A stretch of 64,000 nt of DNA, taken from positions 1,394-65,393 of the forward strand of contig QKAW01000058.1 of the NCBI GenBank assembly GCA_003247135.1, read 5' to 3'. Source of the stretch: Spirochaetales bacterium (GTDB lineage Bacteria; Spirochaetota; Spirochaetia; DSM-2461). Of the stretch, positions 19,961 through 30,305 are shown one piece after another (the stretch's first letter is position 1; each line of letters opens with the position of its first letter). Under the pieces are notes generated by a model that ran no database searches, was not told where the DNA came from, and worked only from the letters and a program-made list of their open reading frames with translations. A program made the translations under genes and the position numbers.

Positions 19961-21591
19961 AACTTATAACCCAAACTGAATTTAATAAATAGTGATTCAA
20001 AAAGATTATCTTTTACCAACTTGTAGTTACTTATATACACATAGGATATTCCAGCATCGGCACTTAATTCCCCGGATGGAAGTTTAATTTTAGGACTTTT
20101 TATTAGTAACTCAGCAAAGAGAAGCTGTTCTACAAGACTCTGGTTTAGGAAGGGATTTGACTCCTGAAACAGATAGTTTCCTGCCCAGTCAAATCCTGAG
20201 TCAAAAATTGAACCATCAGTAGGTATTGTATTTTCAGTGCCTGCTGGAGCATTTCTGTCATTGGGACTGGAGCTATTACCGTGACGTCTCATCTCCAGGT
20301 TTAAGTCTATGCCAATTTTAAATGGAGCTGTAACTGAGAAGTTTAGGGCAACAAGGTCAGAGTTTGGTTCCATACCATAGGGACCAATGCTTTTCCCATA
20401 GTGGGTGTAGTTTTCATAATTCTTCTCTGTAGTTACCTCATTTGCCCAACCATTTGCCCCACCACCGGTTGTACTTGCCATGTGGGTATACATATATGGC
20501 ATTACCGCAGTATAGCTTATCTTTGCAAAGTTAAGTGGCAGCTTTTTAGGAGTCCAGTTTATCTCAAACTGGGCTGCAAGTTTCATTTTAGAATCAAACC
20601 GGAGCTTTAACATATTATTCATATGCAGGTCATCGGCGTAGACTGTCCCGGTAAGTGATATATTTTGTGGCAGCTGAAACCTTGAACTTGCCCCCATCAT
20701 GGAGTTTACATCCGAGGTTCCACCCATTCCTGCTGCATAAAACAGCTCATTAAATGGTAAGAAAAAGATTGGTTTAATTCCATGTCCACCGTAGGTTGCA
20801 CTCTCATAAAACTGAAATTCCCAGAAATTGGTAAATTTAAAGTCGTAACTTAAAATGTGTAAATATTTATCGTCAAATGTTCCCTGTCCAATGTTGTTGG
20901 ATGCAATTAGTGGCATAAACATACTGGATAACATAAAGTTTTTGTGTCTCCAGGTGTAGCTAATGTGGGCAGACTGTCTGGTATTTGGATTAAAAACAAC
21001 GCTGTTGTCAAACAGTGGCCCAAAACTTGAAGGCATAATACCTGTCTGAAGCCAGAACTCTTCATTCCCGAAGGCAGCATTAAGGTTTAAACTCTGTAAA
21101 ATATCAATCCTGCTTCCGTTAAATTCAAAAGATGAGTCATCTTCATTTACATCGATTCCAATATTTCTGTTTGGGGAAGTAATTATCCCTGTAGTTCTGT
21201 TAATCCCGTAAACCCTAATATCCAACCCTGCTGTTGCAAACTTTTTAGGTACAATGTTTGCTTTGGCTGTTAAACCTGAAAATGTTTTAAAATCTGTAAG
21301 ATTTGTATAGTTATTTGTATTTAGGATAAAATCCAGACTGTTTTTTGTGTAATGGTTCAGGTACTCTTTAGCCTTTTTAGATTCTGTTTTTGAACCCCTT
21401 TTCTGAACTTCTTTTAAAAGTGATATTATAAACTGTGTGGAGTAGGGTCTAATTGGAGGAAGCCGTTCTATTAGCCCAATATTTCTCCATCTGTCTATAT
21501 CTCTGTAAATTTCATTTTTTGGATCATTGCTACCTTCCGAAAAAAGGTTTAAAGTAGTGGTAATTAAAATTAGTATTACTAGTTTTTTCAT
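19957..21591 (-). CDS. Second Wzi-like outer-membrane beta-barrel
   Basis: Signal peptide; IYRDIDRW..GLI..LP.IRPYS; SSFGP; YTAVMPYMYTH; PNSD; terminal F (FSLGYKF). Confidence 0.6.
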   Translation of the reverse strand: MKKLVILILITTTLNLFSEGSNDPKNEIYRDIDRWRNIGLIERLPPIRPYSTQFIISLLKEVQKRGSKTESKKAKEYLNHYTKNSLDFILNTNNYTNLTDFKTFSGLTAKANIVPKKFATAGLDIRVYGINRTTGIITSPNRNIGIDVNEDDSSFEFNGSRIDILQSLNLNAAFGNEEFWLQTGIMPSSFGPLFDNSVVFNPNTRQSAHISYTWRHKNFMLSSMFMPLIASNNIGQGTFDDKYLHILSYDFKFTNFWEFQFYESATYGGHGIKPIFFLPFNELFYAAGMGGTSDVNSMMGASSRFQLPQNISLTGTVYADDLHMNNMLKLRFDSKMKLAAQFEINWTPKKLPLNFAKISYTAVMPYMYTHMASTTGGGANGWANEVTTEKNYENYTHYGKSIGPYGMEPNSDLVALNFSVTAPFKIGIDLNLEMRRHGNSSSPNDRNAPAGTENTIPTDGSIFDSGFDWAGNYLFQESNPFLNQSLVEQLLFAELLIKSPKIKLPSGELSADAGISYVYISNYKLVKDNLFESLFIKFSLGYKF

Positions 21592-21670
21592 TTTTTTTCC
21601 TTGATTTTATTTATATTACCTAACATTATACATTAATAAAATAAAGGTCTAGCAAGGGGGAATTTTAAAG

Positions 21671-22414
21671 TTGAATTTTAAGAAGGTATTTCCTGTTTTT
21701 TTATTATGCTGCTCTTATCTAATTTTTAGCCAGAGTTCTGTTGATGATTATAAACTTCACGAAATTGATGATATATCAAACTCATCTCTAACTCTTCTTC
21801 CAAAGGAAGCAGATATTGAACCATTTATTCTTAATAATATAAATGAGTATAACCCTGATCTTATTATAGAGATTTATTATGAGACCAAAAATATCAGGGA
21901 AGTTACCGATAAACTATTAATGGAGCTTCAGGAGGCAATTTTAGCTGCATCGGATCAGAAAGGGATTGAATATTTTTCCAGAAGAAGAAATAAAATGCAT
22001 AAACTGATTGACGATTCATATTTTATTGATGATATTAATAGTAAAAAAAGAGTTTCTGACCCAGAAATTACGAAATTAGAAGAAGAGAGGAATTTTACCC
22101 TTTATCAGAAAGATACAACTTTTGGCGCTAATTACTATAATCTGAATAGCAGAATTGTAAATGGTGTAATATGGAATCAGGTTGATAATCTGGAAAATCT
22201 GAATGTATATCTGGCTTTTAAAGCTGTGAACAGAAATGAGCTAAGAATAAGTTATTTTATTATACCCGTAGAAGATAAAATTAAGTTGTATGCTATGGTT
22301 CAGATAAAAAATCCGCCAAAAGTGACAAATATTCTGGGTTATGAGGTTAATATTCTTGAGTCTATAACCAGAAGGGTAAAGGCTGTTATAGATTGGTATA
22401 TAACAAAAATTTAA
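21671..22414 (+). CDS. Exported hypothetical protein (DUF6675-like), paralog of 17108-17893
   Basis: YNPDLIIEIYY, GIEYFS, YQKDTTFGANYYNL, RRVKAVIDWY align by eye with the paralog. Confidence 0.6.
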   Translation: MNFKKVFPVFLLCCSYLIFSQSSVDDYKLHEIDDISNSSLTLLPKEADIEPFILNNINEYNPDLIIEIYYETKNIREVTDKLLMELQEAILAASDQKGIEYFSRRRNKMHKLIDDSYFIDDINSKKRVSDPEITKLEEERNFTLYQKDTTFGANYYNLNSRIVNGVIWNQVDNLENLNVYLAFKAVNRNELRISYFIIPVEDKIKLYAMVQIKNPPKVTNILGYEVNILESITRRVKAVIDWYITKI

Positions 22415-22429
22415 TTAGAAGGAAGTTAT

Positions 22430-23647
22430 ATGAAAATTGCAATTTTTACAGATTCATTTTATCCCCAAATTAATGGGGTTGTTACATCAATTGTGGACCT
22501 TGCAAAGGGTATGGCAGACATTGGATATAAAATTTATATTATAGCTCCCGAAGAGAAGGGTCCCTTTGAAGAGTTTTCCTACAAGGATATTACAGTTTTA
22601 AGACTGCCGGCTATTGATGCTCATTTTTATGAGGGGTTTAAATGGTCTGCAATAATGCATAAGCCAACTTTTGATATATTAAAAAAGGCAAATCTTGATG
22701 TTGTTCATTTTATGACCCCACTAACTGTCTCTATTTTTGGAATTCTTGTTGGTAAAATGCTTAAAAAACCTATTATTGGGACATACCACACTTTTATTAG
22801 TGAACTTACCTATTTAAGACAGCTTTGGCCCCATGCAGGAGCTGTTCAGCAGAAAATATCCTGGCATTACTCAAATGCTTTTTACAACAGAGCCCATTTA
22901 ATTACCATTCCTACAGAGAATGCTAAAAAAGAGTTAATTGCAAATAAGTGCAGGGTGGAGATAGAAGTTGTTTCCAATGGTATTAAACTGGATAGTTTTG
23001 ATAACTCCAATTCAGCTGCTATTAAAAATAAATTCAATCCAGATGGAGATCTTATTCTCTATGTTGGAAGGGTTGCACCAGAGAAAAATATGCCTGTTCT
23101 TTTAGAGGCGTTTTATAAACTTACAAAAAGTGACAGTACAACAAAACTTCTGGTTATTGGTGGTGGCCCTACACTTAATGAGTGTAAAACTATTGTTAAA
23201 AATTATGGTATTGAGGACAGAGTAATATTCCTTGGTCTAATTCCTACTAAGGAGTTAAAAAGTTCCGGATATTTTGGTGCATGTAAACTGTTTGTTACAG
23301 CTTCAACTACCGAAACCCAATCTATAACTGTTCTTGAAGCCGAAGCAAATGGTCTGCCTTGTATTGGTCCAAATGCCAAAGGTATACCAAATGTTATTGA
23401 TGATGGTGTAAACGGTTTTGTTGTTACTCCGGATAGTAGTGATGAGATTACTGCAGCTATGAAGAGACTTTTAGAGGATGAAGAGCTTTATAAACGGTTC
23501 TCCGAGAATTCTATTAAGTCAGCAAGCAAGCATGACTTTAAACTCATACTTAATAATTGGGAAGAGAGATATAAAAAGGTTGCCAAGATAAAAGTAAGCA
23601 GATTGCCAAGAATTAAAATTCCCGCAGCGGCTGGTTTAAAAGAATAG
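22430..23647 (+). CDS. GT4 glycosyltransferase, diacylglycerol glycosyltransferase-like
   Basis: MKIAIFTDSFYPQINGVVTS, GTYHT, YVGRVAPEKN, TETQSITVLEA. Confidence 0.82.
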   Translation: MKIAIFTDSFYPQINGVVTSIVDLAKGMADIGYKIYIIAPEEKGPFEEFSYKDITVLRLPAIDAHFYEGFKWSAIMHKPTFDILKKANLDVVHFMTPLTVSIFGILVGKMLKKPIIGTYHTFISELTYLRQLWPHAGAVQQKISWHYSNAFYNRAHLITIPTENAKKELIANKCRVEIEVVSNGIKLDSFDNSNSAAIKNKFNPDGDLILYVGRVAPEKNMPVLLEAFYKLTKSDSTTKLLVIGGGPTLNECKTIVKNYGIEDRVIFLGLIPTKELKSSGYFGACKLFVTASTTETQSITVLEAEANGLPCIGPNAKGIPNVIDDGVNGFVVTPDSSDEITAAMKRLLEDEELYKRFSENSIKSASKHDFKLILNNWEERYKKVAKIKVSRLPRIKIPAAAGLKE

Positions 23648-24919
23648 GCTTCCTGTTACATCAATCTGAAAGTTTTCAGGTTTAAACTCTGTCAGGTCCC
23701 AGGAAATTGAACCCCTGGCGGCCATAGATTTAAACCTGTCAGCATACAGAATAATATCAGCCCCGGTACCATAGTGGGGTATCTGATAATCTGTTATACC
23801 AAAGTCAAAGTGTGGACTAATTATACTCTCAACAACTTTTTCAACCTTAAATGCCCTAATGTAGATATTTGTATTTATAAATACCCCATAATATCCATAG
23901 AGCTCACCACTTTTAATTCCCCTTATTTTTTTTCCTAATCCAAGAATCTCCTCATTAAGGGATAAAAAACCTGATAGTTGAAACCCTATTGCTATTGGGA
24001 GAGTTCCAAGAGGCTTGTAGAAACTGCCTGAAAGATCAAAGGATGTAGTTGGTTTAACCAAAAGTTCTTCAGTTAACTGTAGGGATATTGTGTTATTTAT
24101 TCCGTAATCATATCCTTCTCTGAAATTTCCTAGCCAGTTAATATTTTCTACAGAGAAACCGTGTTTATAATCAATTCTTAAGGGTGAGGTTATTATTTCC
24201 CCTTGAGAAATTGTGTTATCTACAGGTTTATAATTATATCGGGAACCAATACTTAATACAGGGTTATAGGATAAATCTCCAACTATTGGAAAGTCTGTAC
24301 CCAGTTCCAGCTTGGAATTGTGGTAGCTCCACATTTTACTCTCTTTAGATTCTCTTTTTAGAGCTTGAATATAACTGACATCAAAATATTTCCCAAAAAG
24401 GTAGAGGCCTGTAGTCTCGATACTTCCATCCCAGGAGTTAATCTCAAATTCATCGATCTCTTTCCCGGGCATTATATTAACACCACCCTGGATTGTTGTG
24501 TTTGTAAGGGTTCCAAAGTTGTTGTACCAGAAGAGTTTCATAGAGACTCTTCCACCGGTTTCGGAGTTGAATTTAGGAAACCCAAGAGGAATTATTTGCC
24601 AGGCTTCATCTAAATATATAAAAAGATAGACATTGCTCCCTAAAATTCGGGTTTTTATTTTAAGATCCTTATAAATTCTTAAGTTTTCCAGATCCTGATT
24701 AACCTTTTTTTCAAACTCTGTTACCTTTTCCAGATTATCGAAGGTTTGCCCTATGCTAAGCTTTAGTTTTTTTTCCAGAAAGAAAGGTTGGGTAATTCCA
24801 ACAATATCATAATTGATACTAACTAATGTATATTTGCTCTCCTGGGAGAATGCCGGGAAAGTAATAAAAAAAATCAGAATAATGGTAAATTTAATATTCA
24901 TATAAGAATAATATATCAC
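23636..24919 (-). CDS. Putative outer-membrane protein, single-POTRA Omp85/TamA-like
   Basis: Signal peptide; POTRA-like segment (GITQ...QDLENLRIY); W.IIPL..PKFNS.TG...NNFGTL; terminal FF. Confidence 0.5.
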   Translation of the reverse strand: MIYYSYMNIKFTIILIFFITFPAFSQESKYTLVSINYDIVGITQPFFLEKKLKLSIGQTFDNLEKVTEFEKKVNQDLENLRIYKDLKIKTRILGSNVYLFIYLDEAWQIIPLGFPKFNSETGGRVSMKLFWYNNFGTLTNTTIQGGVNIMPGKEIDEFEINSWDGSIETTGLYLFGKYFDVSYIQALKRESKESKMWSYHNSKLELGTDFPIVGDLSYNPVLSIGSRYNYKPVDNTISQGEIITSPLRIDYKHGFSVENINWLGNFREGYDYGINNTISLQLTEELLVKPTTSFDLSGSFYKPLGTLPIAIGFQLSGFLSLNEEILGLGKKIRGIKSGELYGYYGVFINTNIYIRAFKVEKVVESIISPHFDFGITDYQIPHYGTGADIILYADRFKSMAARGSISWDLTEFKPENFQIDVTGSLFF

Positions 24920-24964
24920 CTAAGTGGGTTCTGTCACATTATAAATGGTGATAGAATGCATTTT

Positions 24965-25978
24965 ATGAGTAATTATGAATTTAATTTTGGACAATTTAAA
25001 ACAAAAGTCAGCTTTTGTGAGCTTGACAACCTGTTACCCCAGACTACATCTCTTATTGTAGCTGATGAAAACACATCATACCTTATTCCGGATGAGATGA
25101 AAGAGAGTTCTGTTATACTTCCTCCTGGAGAGATTTATAAAGATTGGAAAAGTATTGAGAAAATTTTAACAAAGGCAGTAGAGCTGGAGCTTGGCCGGGA
25201 TGCTAATTTTGTTGGAATTGGTGGAGGTGTTATCTGTGATATGACAGCTTTTGCTGCTTCTCTTTTTATGCGAGGTTGTAGTGTAACCCTTATTCCAACA
25301 ACGACTCTATCCATGTGCGATGCTGCTCTAGGGGGAAAAACCGGAGTAGATTTTAAAGATTATAAAAATCTTGTAGGAACTTTCTATCCTGCCACTGAGT
25401 TAAGAATCTGTGTTGACACTTTAAAAACTTTAGAAAAAAGGGAGTTTCTTTCAGGAATAGCGGAAGTAATTAAATCCGCTATGCTTGCTGATAATGAACT
25501 ATTAACCTATCTTGAAAATAATAGAGATAATATTCTTGGTTTAAAAAGAGAGTCTCTGGAATTTATTATAAATAGCTGTATTAAAGTTAAGGGTAAGATT
25601 GTTGAAGCTGATCTTTACGAGAGATCTATAAGAGCCCATCTTAATTTAGGCCATACTTTTGGTCATGCTCTGGAAACTGTTACCGGCTTTGCCGACTTTA
25701 GCCATGGAGAAGGGGTTATCTGGGGAATTGGAAGGGCTATGGAAACCTCCAGGGAATTGGGAATTGTTAATAGAGAGTATTACGACAGGGTCTTTTCCAT
25801 TATAAATCTCTACGGTTATAGAACAAAAGCCAATGTTGATGCTACAAAAATTATCAATGCCATGAAGCTGGATAAAAAGAAGAAGGGTGGAATTGTAAAA
25901 TTCATACTTCAGACAGCTCCCCAGGAGACTCTTATTAGAGAGGTTCCTGAGGATATTCTGTATAAAGTTATTAATTGA
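24965..25978 (+). CDS. aroB: 3-dehydroquinate synthase
   Basis: GIGGGVICDMTAFAAS.FMRG, PTT, GGKTGV, KNLVGTFYP, LNLGHTFGHALE, HGEGV. Confidence 0.93.
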   Translation: MSNYEFNFGQFKTKVSFCELDNLLPQTTSLIVADENTSYLIPDEMKESSVILPPGEIYKDWKSIEKILTKAVELELGRDANFVGIGGGVICDMTAFAASLFMRGCSVTLIPTTTLSMCDAALGGKTGVDFKDYKNLVGTFYPATELRICVDTLKTLEKREFLSGIAEVIKSAMLADNELLTYLENNRDNILGLKRESLEFIINSCIKVKGKIVEADLYERSIRAHLNLGHTFGHALETVTGFADFSHGEGVIWGIGRAMETSRELGIVNREYYDRVFSIINLYGYRTKANVDATKIINAMKLDKKKKGGIVKFILQTAPQETLIREVPEDILYKVIN

Positions 25979-28492
25979 TTACATATAGAATGAATTCAAT
26001 TTTCTGTATAGGCCGTTAATTGCTTCTCGGCCTTTTGGGTCTAATTGATCTTTAGTATTATTAATTAGATCCTCCAGTGCCTCTACACTCTGGTTAAGGG
26101 CAGTGTTAAATCTTTTTGTGGATTTAAACCAGTATGTTCCATTATTATCACTGTTAAGGCTTAGAAAACCTAACTCATGTCTGTTTTTCTTCTTTTTACT
26201 TACAGGAGTCATTGTCATGGTGTTTCTAAGATTTGGAATTAATACATCTTTAAGGTGATCTATTGAGTTTGCATGAAATGTTTCCGAAGGATAGTCTGAA
26301 ATTATATCTGTCTCTGGATTTAACAGCTTTACTGCTTTAAAGATTTTATTTATCTTGGCCTCTTTTAGGATTGTATACTCTTTGTATTTAACTTCACCCC
26401 TTAAATTTCCAAAATTATTTATATCATCCCATTTAACACTGTTTAAAGCTTTTTTAAGTTCGTCCCACTGGAATGAGAGATATTTCTGCCCCTTAAACTG
26501 ACCTATTGGAAAACTCTGATCACCAATATAGATAGTATTTGATGTATCTTTTCTACGGACTACTCTCTCTTCTTTCTCGAATTTATTTCTGCTTTTTACT
26601 GCTCCCCCGGAGAGAAGATCCAGGTATAACTCTTCTGAAATTGATCTGATCCACTCTTTTTTTAATGGTGATACACTTCTGGCATACATTCTGCTGGTTT
26701 TTACAATCTCACCAGCAACTATAAAGTCCGGTTTATCTTTAAAAAGTACTGAACCGGGGTGAATAATTACCTTATCAGTTGTTGGTGTTCTATATACTCC
26801 TCTACCTGTTTTTGCTCCAACAAACTGGATTAAACCGGCACTTAGACTTAATATATACTCCTTAAAACTGAAAGGGGCATTTTCTGTAATAGGTATACCC
26901 ATGTCCCTTACTATACTGCTTAGCTGTTCGTGTATATTTACAACTTCGTGCATTATTTTTTCATCAAGATAGAACCTTTTACAGAATTTATCTTTCTTAG
27001 GGGCTTCTGTAAACATTTTAAATAGTTTCAGATATGCTGAAAAATCCCCATTTGCATCTCCAAAGGAAGCGTGGGCGTCTCTGGCTTCTAACTCTTCATC
27101 CTGGGGTAGAGTATAGGGACTTCTGGTACTAATAAAACTTGTTGCAATAATTACTTCGTTTAAAACATTGGGGTATCTTAGTATTGATTCCACAATCATC
27201 CGGGAGTGTCTTGGCAGTAGTGGGAAGTGTACCATCATCTCACCTATACTGCTTAGGGAGTTGTCGTTGTTAAGTGCCCTAAACTGTATTAGTGTTTTTA
27301 CTGCACCTGTTATTCCCTGTTTTCCGGGGGATGAGAGAAAATCAAAGGAGTGAAAATCCCTTATCCCAATCTCTGACATTCTAAGAACAACTTCTGAAAG
27401 GTCAGTTCTGAATATCTCTTCCGGGGTGTAGGTCTCTTTAAGCTCATAATCACTTTTTGAGTAAAATCTGTAGCATGTTCCAGGGGCTGTTCGTCCTGCT
27501 CTTCCCTTTCTCTGGTCTGCAGAAGCTCTGGATATTGTATTCTCAATTAAGGATGATGTAAAAGTGTGGGGGTTGTAGTAGTTTAACTTACTTAACCCCG
27601 AGTCTAGAACAGTTGTAATTCCATCAATAGTTACTGAAGTCTCTGCTATATTTGTTGAAACAACAACTTTAGTTTTAAACAGTGGGGTTTTTACAAATAT
27701 TCTCTCCTGTTCCTCTTTGCTTAACCTTCCATATAGAGGGATTATTAACAGTTTTTTACTTACGCTGGAGGCCTCAAGGGCTGTAATAGTGTCTTTTATC
27801 AGCTTCTCTCCTGAGAGGAAAATAAGAATATCTCCATCATCTTTCTGTTTGTTAATTACATTTCTCTCTACAGTCTCTGTAATTGCCTGTATCAACTCCT
27901 CGGGGTTGTCGGATTTTAATGGGTGGTACAAAAGATTTATTGGGTAGGGTGTGGTCTCTATGGAAATTATTGGTGCATTAAAAAAATATTCAGAGAAACT
28001 TTGGGTGTTTAGGGTAGCAGAAGAGATAATTACTTTAAAATCCTCTCTCTCTCTAATAATATTTTTTAGTAAACCAAGGACGAAATCTATGTTTAGACTT
28101 CTTTCATGGGCTTCATCAACAATAATTATACTATAAGCACTTAGGTGGGGATCATTTTTAATCTCCTGAAGTAAAATTCCATCTGTCATTATTTTTAATG
28201 CTGTTGATGGTAAAGTCTGATCATCGAACCGCATTTTATAACCTACATATCCAGGAATTGTAACTTTAAGCTGTTTTGCCATATAGTCTGATACTGATAG
28301 TGTTGCTATTCTTCTTGGTTGTGTAATTCCAATTACACCATGCTGGGCATAACCTGCCTCATTTAAAATTAGTGGAAGCTGTGTTGTTTTTCCTGAACCT
28401 GTAGGGCTCTCAACAATTATTACCTGATTGTGTTTTATCGCTTCTAGAATTTTTTCTTTCTCTTTGTAAACTGGTAACTCATTTGGATTCAT
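25979..28492 (-). CDS. hrpA: ATP-dependent RNA helicase HrpA (DEAH)
   Basis: PTGSGKTTQLP, TQPRRIA, DEAHERSLNIDF, SAT, STNIAETSVTI, QRKGRAGRT. Confidence 0.93.
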   Translation of the reverse strand: MNPNELPVYKEKEKILEAIKHNQVIIVESPTGSGKTTQLPLILNEAGYAQHGVIGITQPRRIATLSVSDYMAKQLKVTIPGYVGYKMRFDDQTLPSTALKIMTDGILLQEIKNDPHLSAYSIIIVDEAHERSLNIDFVLGLLKNIIREREDFKVIISSATLNTQSFSEYFFNAPIISIETTPYPINLLYHPLKSDNPEELIQAITETVERNVINKQKDDGDILIFLSGEKLIKDTITALEASSVSKKLLIIPLYGRLSKEEQERIFVKTPLFKTKVVVSTNIAETSVTIDGITTVLDSGLSKLNYYNPHTFTSSLIENTISRASADQRKGRAGRTAPGTCYRFYSKSDYELKETYTPEEIFRTDLSEVVLRMSEIGIRDFHSFDFLSSPGKQGITGAVKTLIQFRALNNDNSLSSIGEMMVHFPLLPRHSRMIVESILRYPNVLNEVIIATSFISTRSPYTLPQDEELEARDAHASFGDANGDFSAYLKLFKMFTEAPKKDKFCKRFYLDEKIMHEVVNIHEQLSSIVRDMGIPITENAPFSFKEYILSLSAGLIQFVGAKTGRGVYRTPTTDKVIIHPGSVLFKDKPDFIVAGEIVKTSRMYARSVSPLKKEWIRSISEELYLDLLSGGAVKSRNKFEKEERVVRRKDTSNTIYIGDQSFPIGQFKGQKYLSFQWDELKKALNSVKWDDINNFGNLRGEVKYKEYTILKEAKINKIFKAVKLLNPETDIISDYPSETFHANSIDHLKDVLIPNLRNTMTMTPVSKKKKNRHELGFLSLNSDNNGTYWFKSTKRFNTALNQSVEALEDLINNTKDQLDPKGREAINGLYRKLNSFYM

Positions 28493-28569
28493 AACTAATT
28501 ATATCATAAAATAATTTCTTTGTCTTTTTAAAGAATCGTTGTTACAATTAAAGTAGGAGGAATAAAAAT

Positions 28570-29865
28570 ATGAAGACTTTTGTAATTGATACTAACGTTT
28601 TAATTCACCGACCAGAAGCTATTTTTTCCTTTAAAAATTCAAAGGTTGTTATACCAATTGAGGTTTTTGAGGAATTAGATAAATTAAAATCTGAACACCA
28701 TTCAGGTAGAGGTAAAAGTGCCAGATCCGCTTGCAGATTAATTGATGGATTAATAAATAAAACCGATGTAACCAAGGGCATAAAAATGCCAAGTGGGGGG
28801 ATTCTCTCTATACCTCTATTTGAGGATTTTAGGGAGTACCATGGTCTGGTTAAGGGTAAAAAGGATAATACAATTCTTTTAACAGCCCTTGCTCTTAAAA
28901 ATCAGGGTGATCAGGTATTTTTTGTTTCAAAGGACATAAATGCCAGAATTAAGGCGGAAGCTTTAGGTTTAAGAGCTGTAGACTACGAAAAACACAAGGT
29001 TAGTGTAAGTGATCAGTATAAAGGCTATTTTGAGCTCGAAGTTTCCGAGGAGAAGTGTAAAGAGCTTGTAGAGATGAAGTCTGTGGTTTTAGAGGGATCT
29101 TTTTACGAGAATCAGTACTGTTTTTTATCATCACCAGGGTCATCAACAATCTATATTGGGCGTTACGATAAGGAGGCTGACTGTTTTAGACATGTTCCAT
29201 CTGGAATGGATGAGGCAATTACAGGAATTTTAGCACTTAATACTGAACAGAGAATTGCTTTTGATGCACTTTTAAATCCAAAGATTAATCTTGTTACTCT
29301 TGTTGGTGCAGCAGGAACAGGAAAAACACTTTTGGCAATTGCTTCAGGTCTCCACATGGTATTACAGGATAAACAGTATTCAAGGGTACTTGTTAGTAGA
29401 CCTGTTGTTCCAATGGGAAATGATATTGGATTTTTACCCGGTGAGAAATCTCAAAAAATGTCACCATGGATGCAGCCAATTTTTGATAATCTGGAATTTA
29501 TTATTGAGAGATCCAATAAACAGAATGTTAAAAGTGTTGAGCAGTTAACTAATAACAAGATTCTGGAGATTGAAGCACTTACATATATTAGGGGAAGGAG
29601 TCTGCCAAAACAGTATATTATAATTGATGAGGCACAGAACCTTACATCCCATGAGATAAAAACAATTGTTAGTAGGGCAGGACAGGATACAAAGGTTATA
29701 CTAACCGGAGACCCGGGACAGATTGATAACCCTTATCTGGACTCTGAGTCTAATGGATTAATTTCTCTGGTAGAAGCTTTTAAAGAGCAGAAAATTTCTG
29801 CCCATATAACACTTACTAAAACTGAAAGAAGTCCCCTCGCGGAACTTGCTACCCAGTTATTATAA
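28570..29865 (+). CDS. PIN-PhoH (PhoH2/YlaK-like) protein
   Basis: N-terminal PIN (VIDTNVL, EELDKLK, SKDINARIKA) plus PhoH ATPase (GAAGTGKT, YIRGRS, IIDEAQN, GDPGQID, ERSPLAE). Confidence 0.92.
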   Translation: MKTFVIDTNVLIHRPEAIFSFKNSKVVIPIEVFEELDKLKSEHHSGRGKSARSACRLIDGLINKTDVTKGIKMPSGGILSIPLFEDFREYHGLVKGKKDNTILLTALALKNQGDQVFFVSKDINARIKAEALGLRAVDYEKHKVSVSDQYKGYFELEVSEEKCKELVEMKSVVLEGSFYENQYCFLSSPGSSTIYIGRYDKEADCFRHVPSGMDEAITGILALNTEQRIAFDALLNPKINLVTLVGAAGTGKTLLAIASGLHMVLQDKQYSRVLVSRPVVPMGNDIGFLPGEKSQKMSPWMQPIFDNLEFIIERSNKQNVKSVEQLTNNKILEIEALTYIRGRSLPKQYIIIDEAQNLTSHEIKTIVSRAGQDTKVILTGDPGQIDNPYLDSESNGLISLVEAFKEQKISAHITLTKTERSPLAELATQLL

Positions 29866-30219
29866 ACCAAGGGTCTCTTTTATATCAGCAAGTAGAATGT
29901 CTGAATCAAAGGGACCCATATATTTAATCTTTTTGTTGACAGTTAATATTGGAAATGAAAAACTCATATTTATTAATGTCTTAACGTCTTTGTAATCTGT
30001 TAGATCCTCTGTGTGAATATCCTTGAATATTACACTGATTTTATCATCAAGTGATGCCTTTTTCACAGACTCCAGAAGATTTTCAGCTAGTTTTTCACTT
30101 GTAATTCCCGGAATATTTTCTGTACACCGATGTTCACTTTTATCATCACAACCACTACATGATGAGCAGCTGCTAACTATAGCCTTGGATTTTTCTCCAA
30201 ATAATATGATCTCGTTCAT
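29860..30219 (-). CDS. Small Cys-rich thioredoxin-like-fold protein (YuzD/DUF1462-like)
   Basis: 119 aa from ATG 30219; CSSCSGC...C near N-terminus; C-terminal FPILTVN...G. Confidence 0.5.
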   Translation of the reverse strand: MNEIILFGEKSKAIVSSCSSCSGCDDKSEHRCTENIPGITSEKLAENLLESVKKASLDDKISVIFKDIHTEDLTDYKDVKTLINMSFSFPILTVNKKIKYMGPFDSDILLADIKETLGL

Positions 30220-30305
30220 AAAGCTATTTTGCACATTTAAAAAAATAAATTCAAGTTTGAAATAATTGTTTTGCATTATCAAAAGTTGCTTGTTATAATT
30301 AGAGT

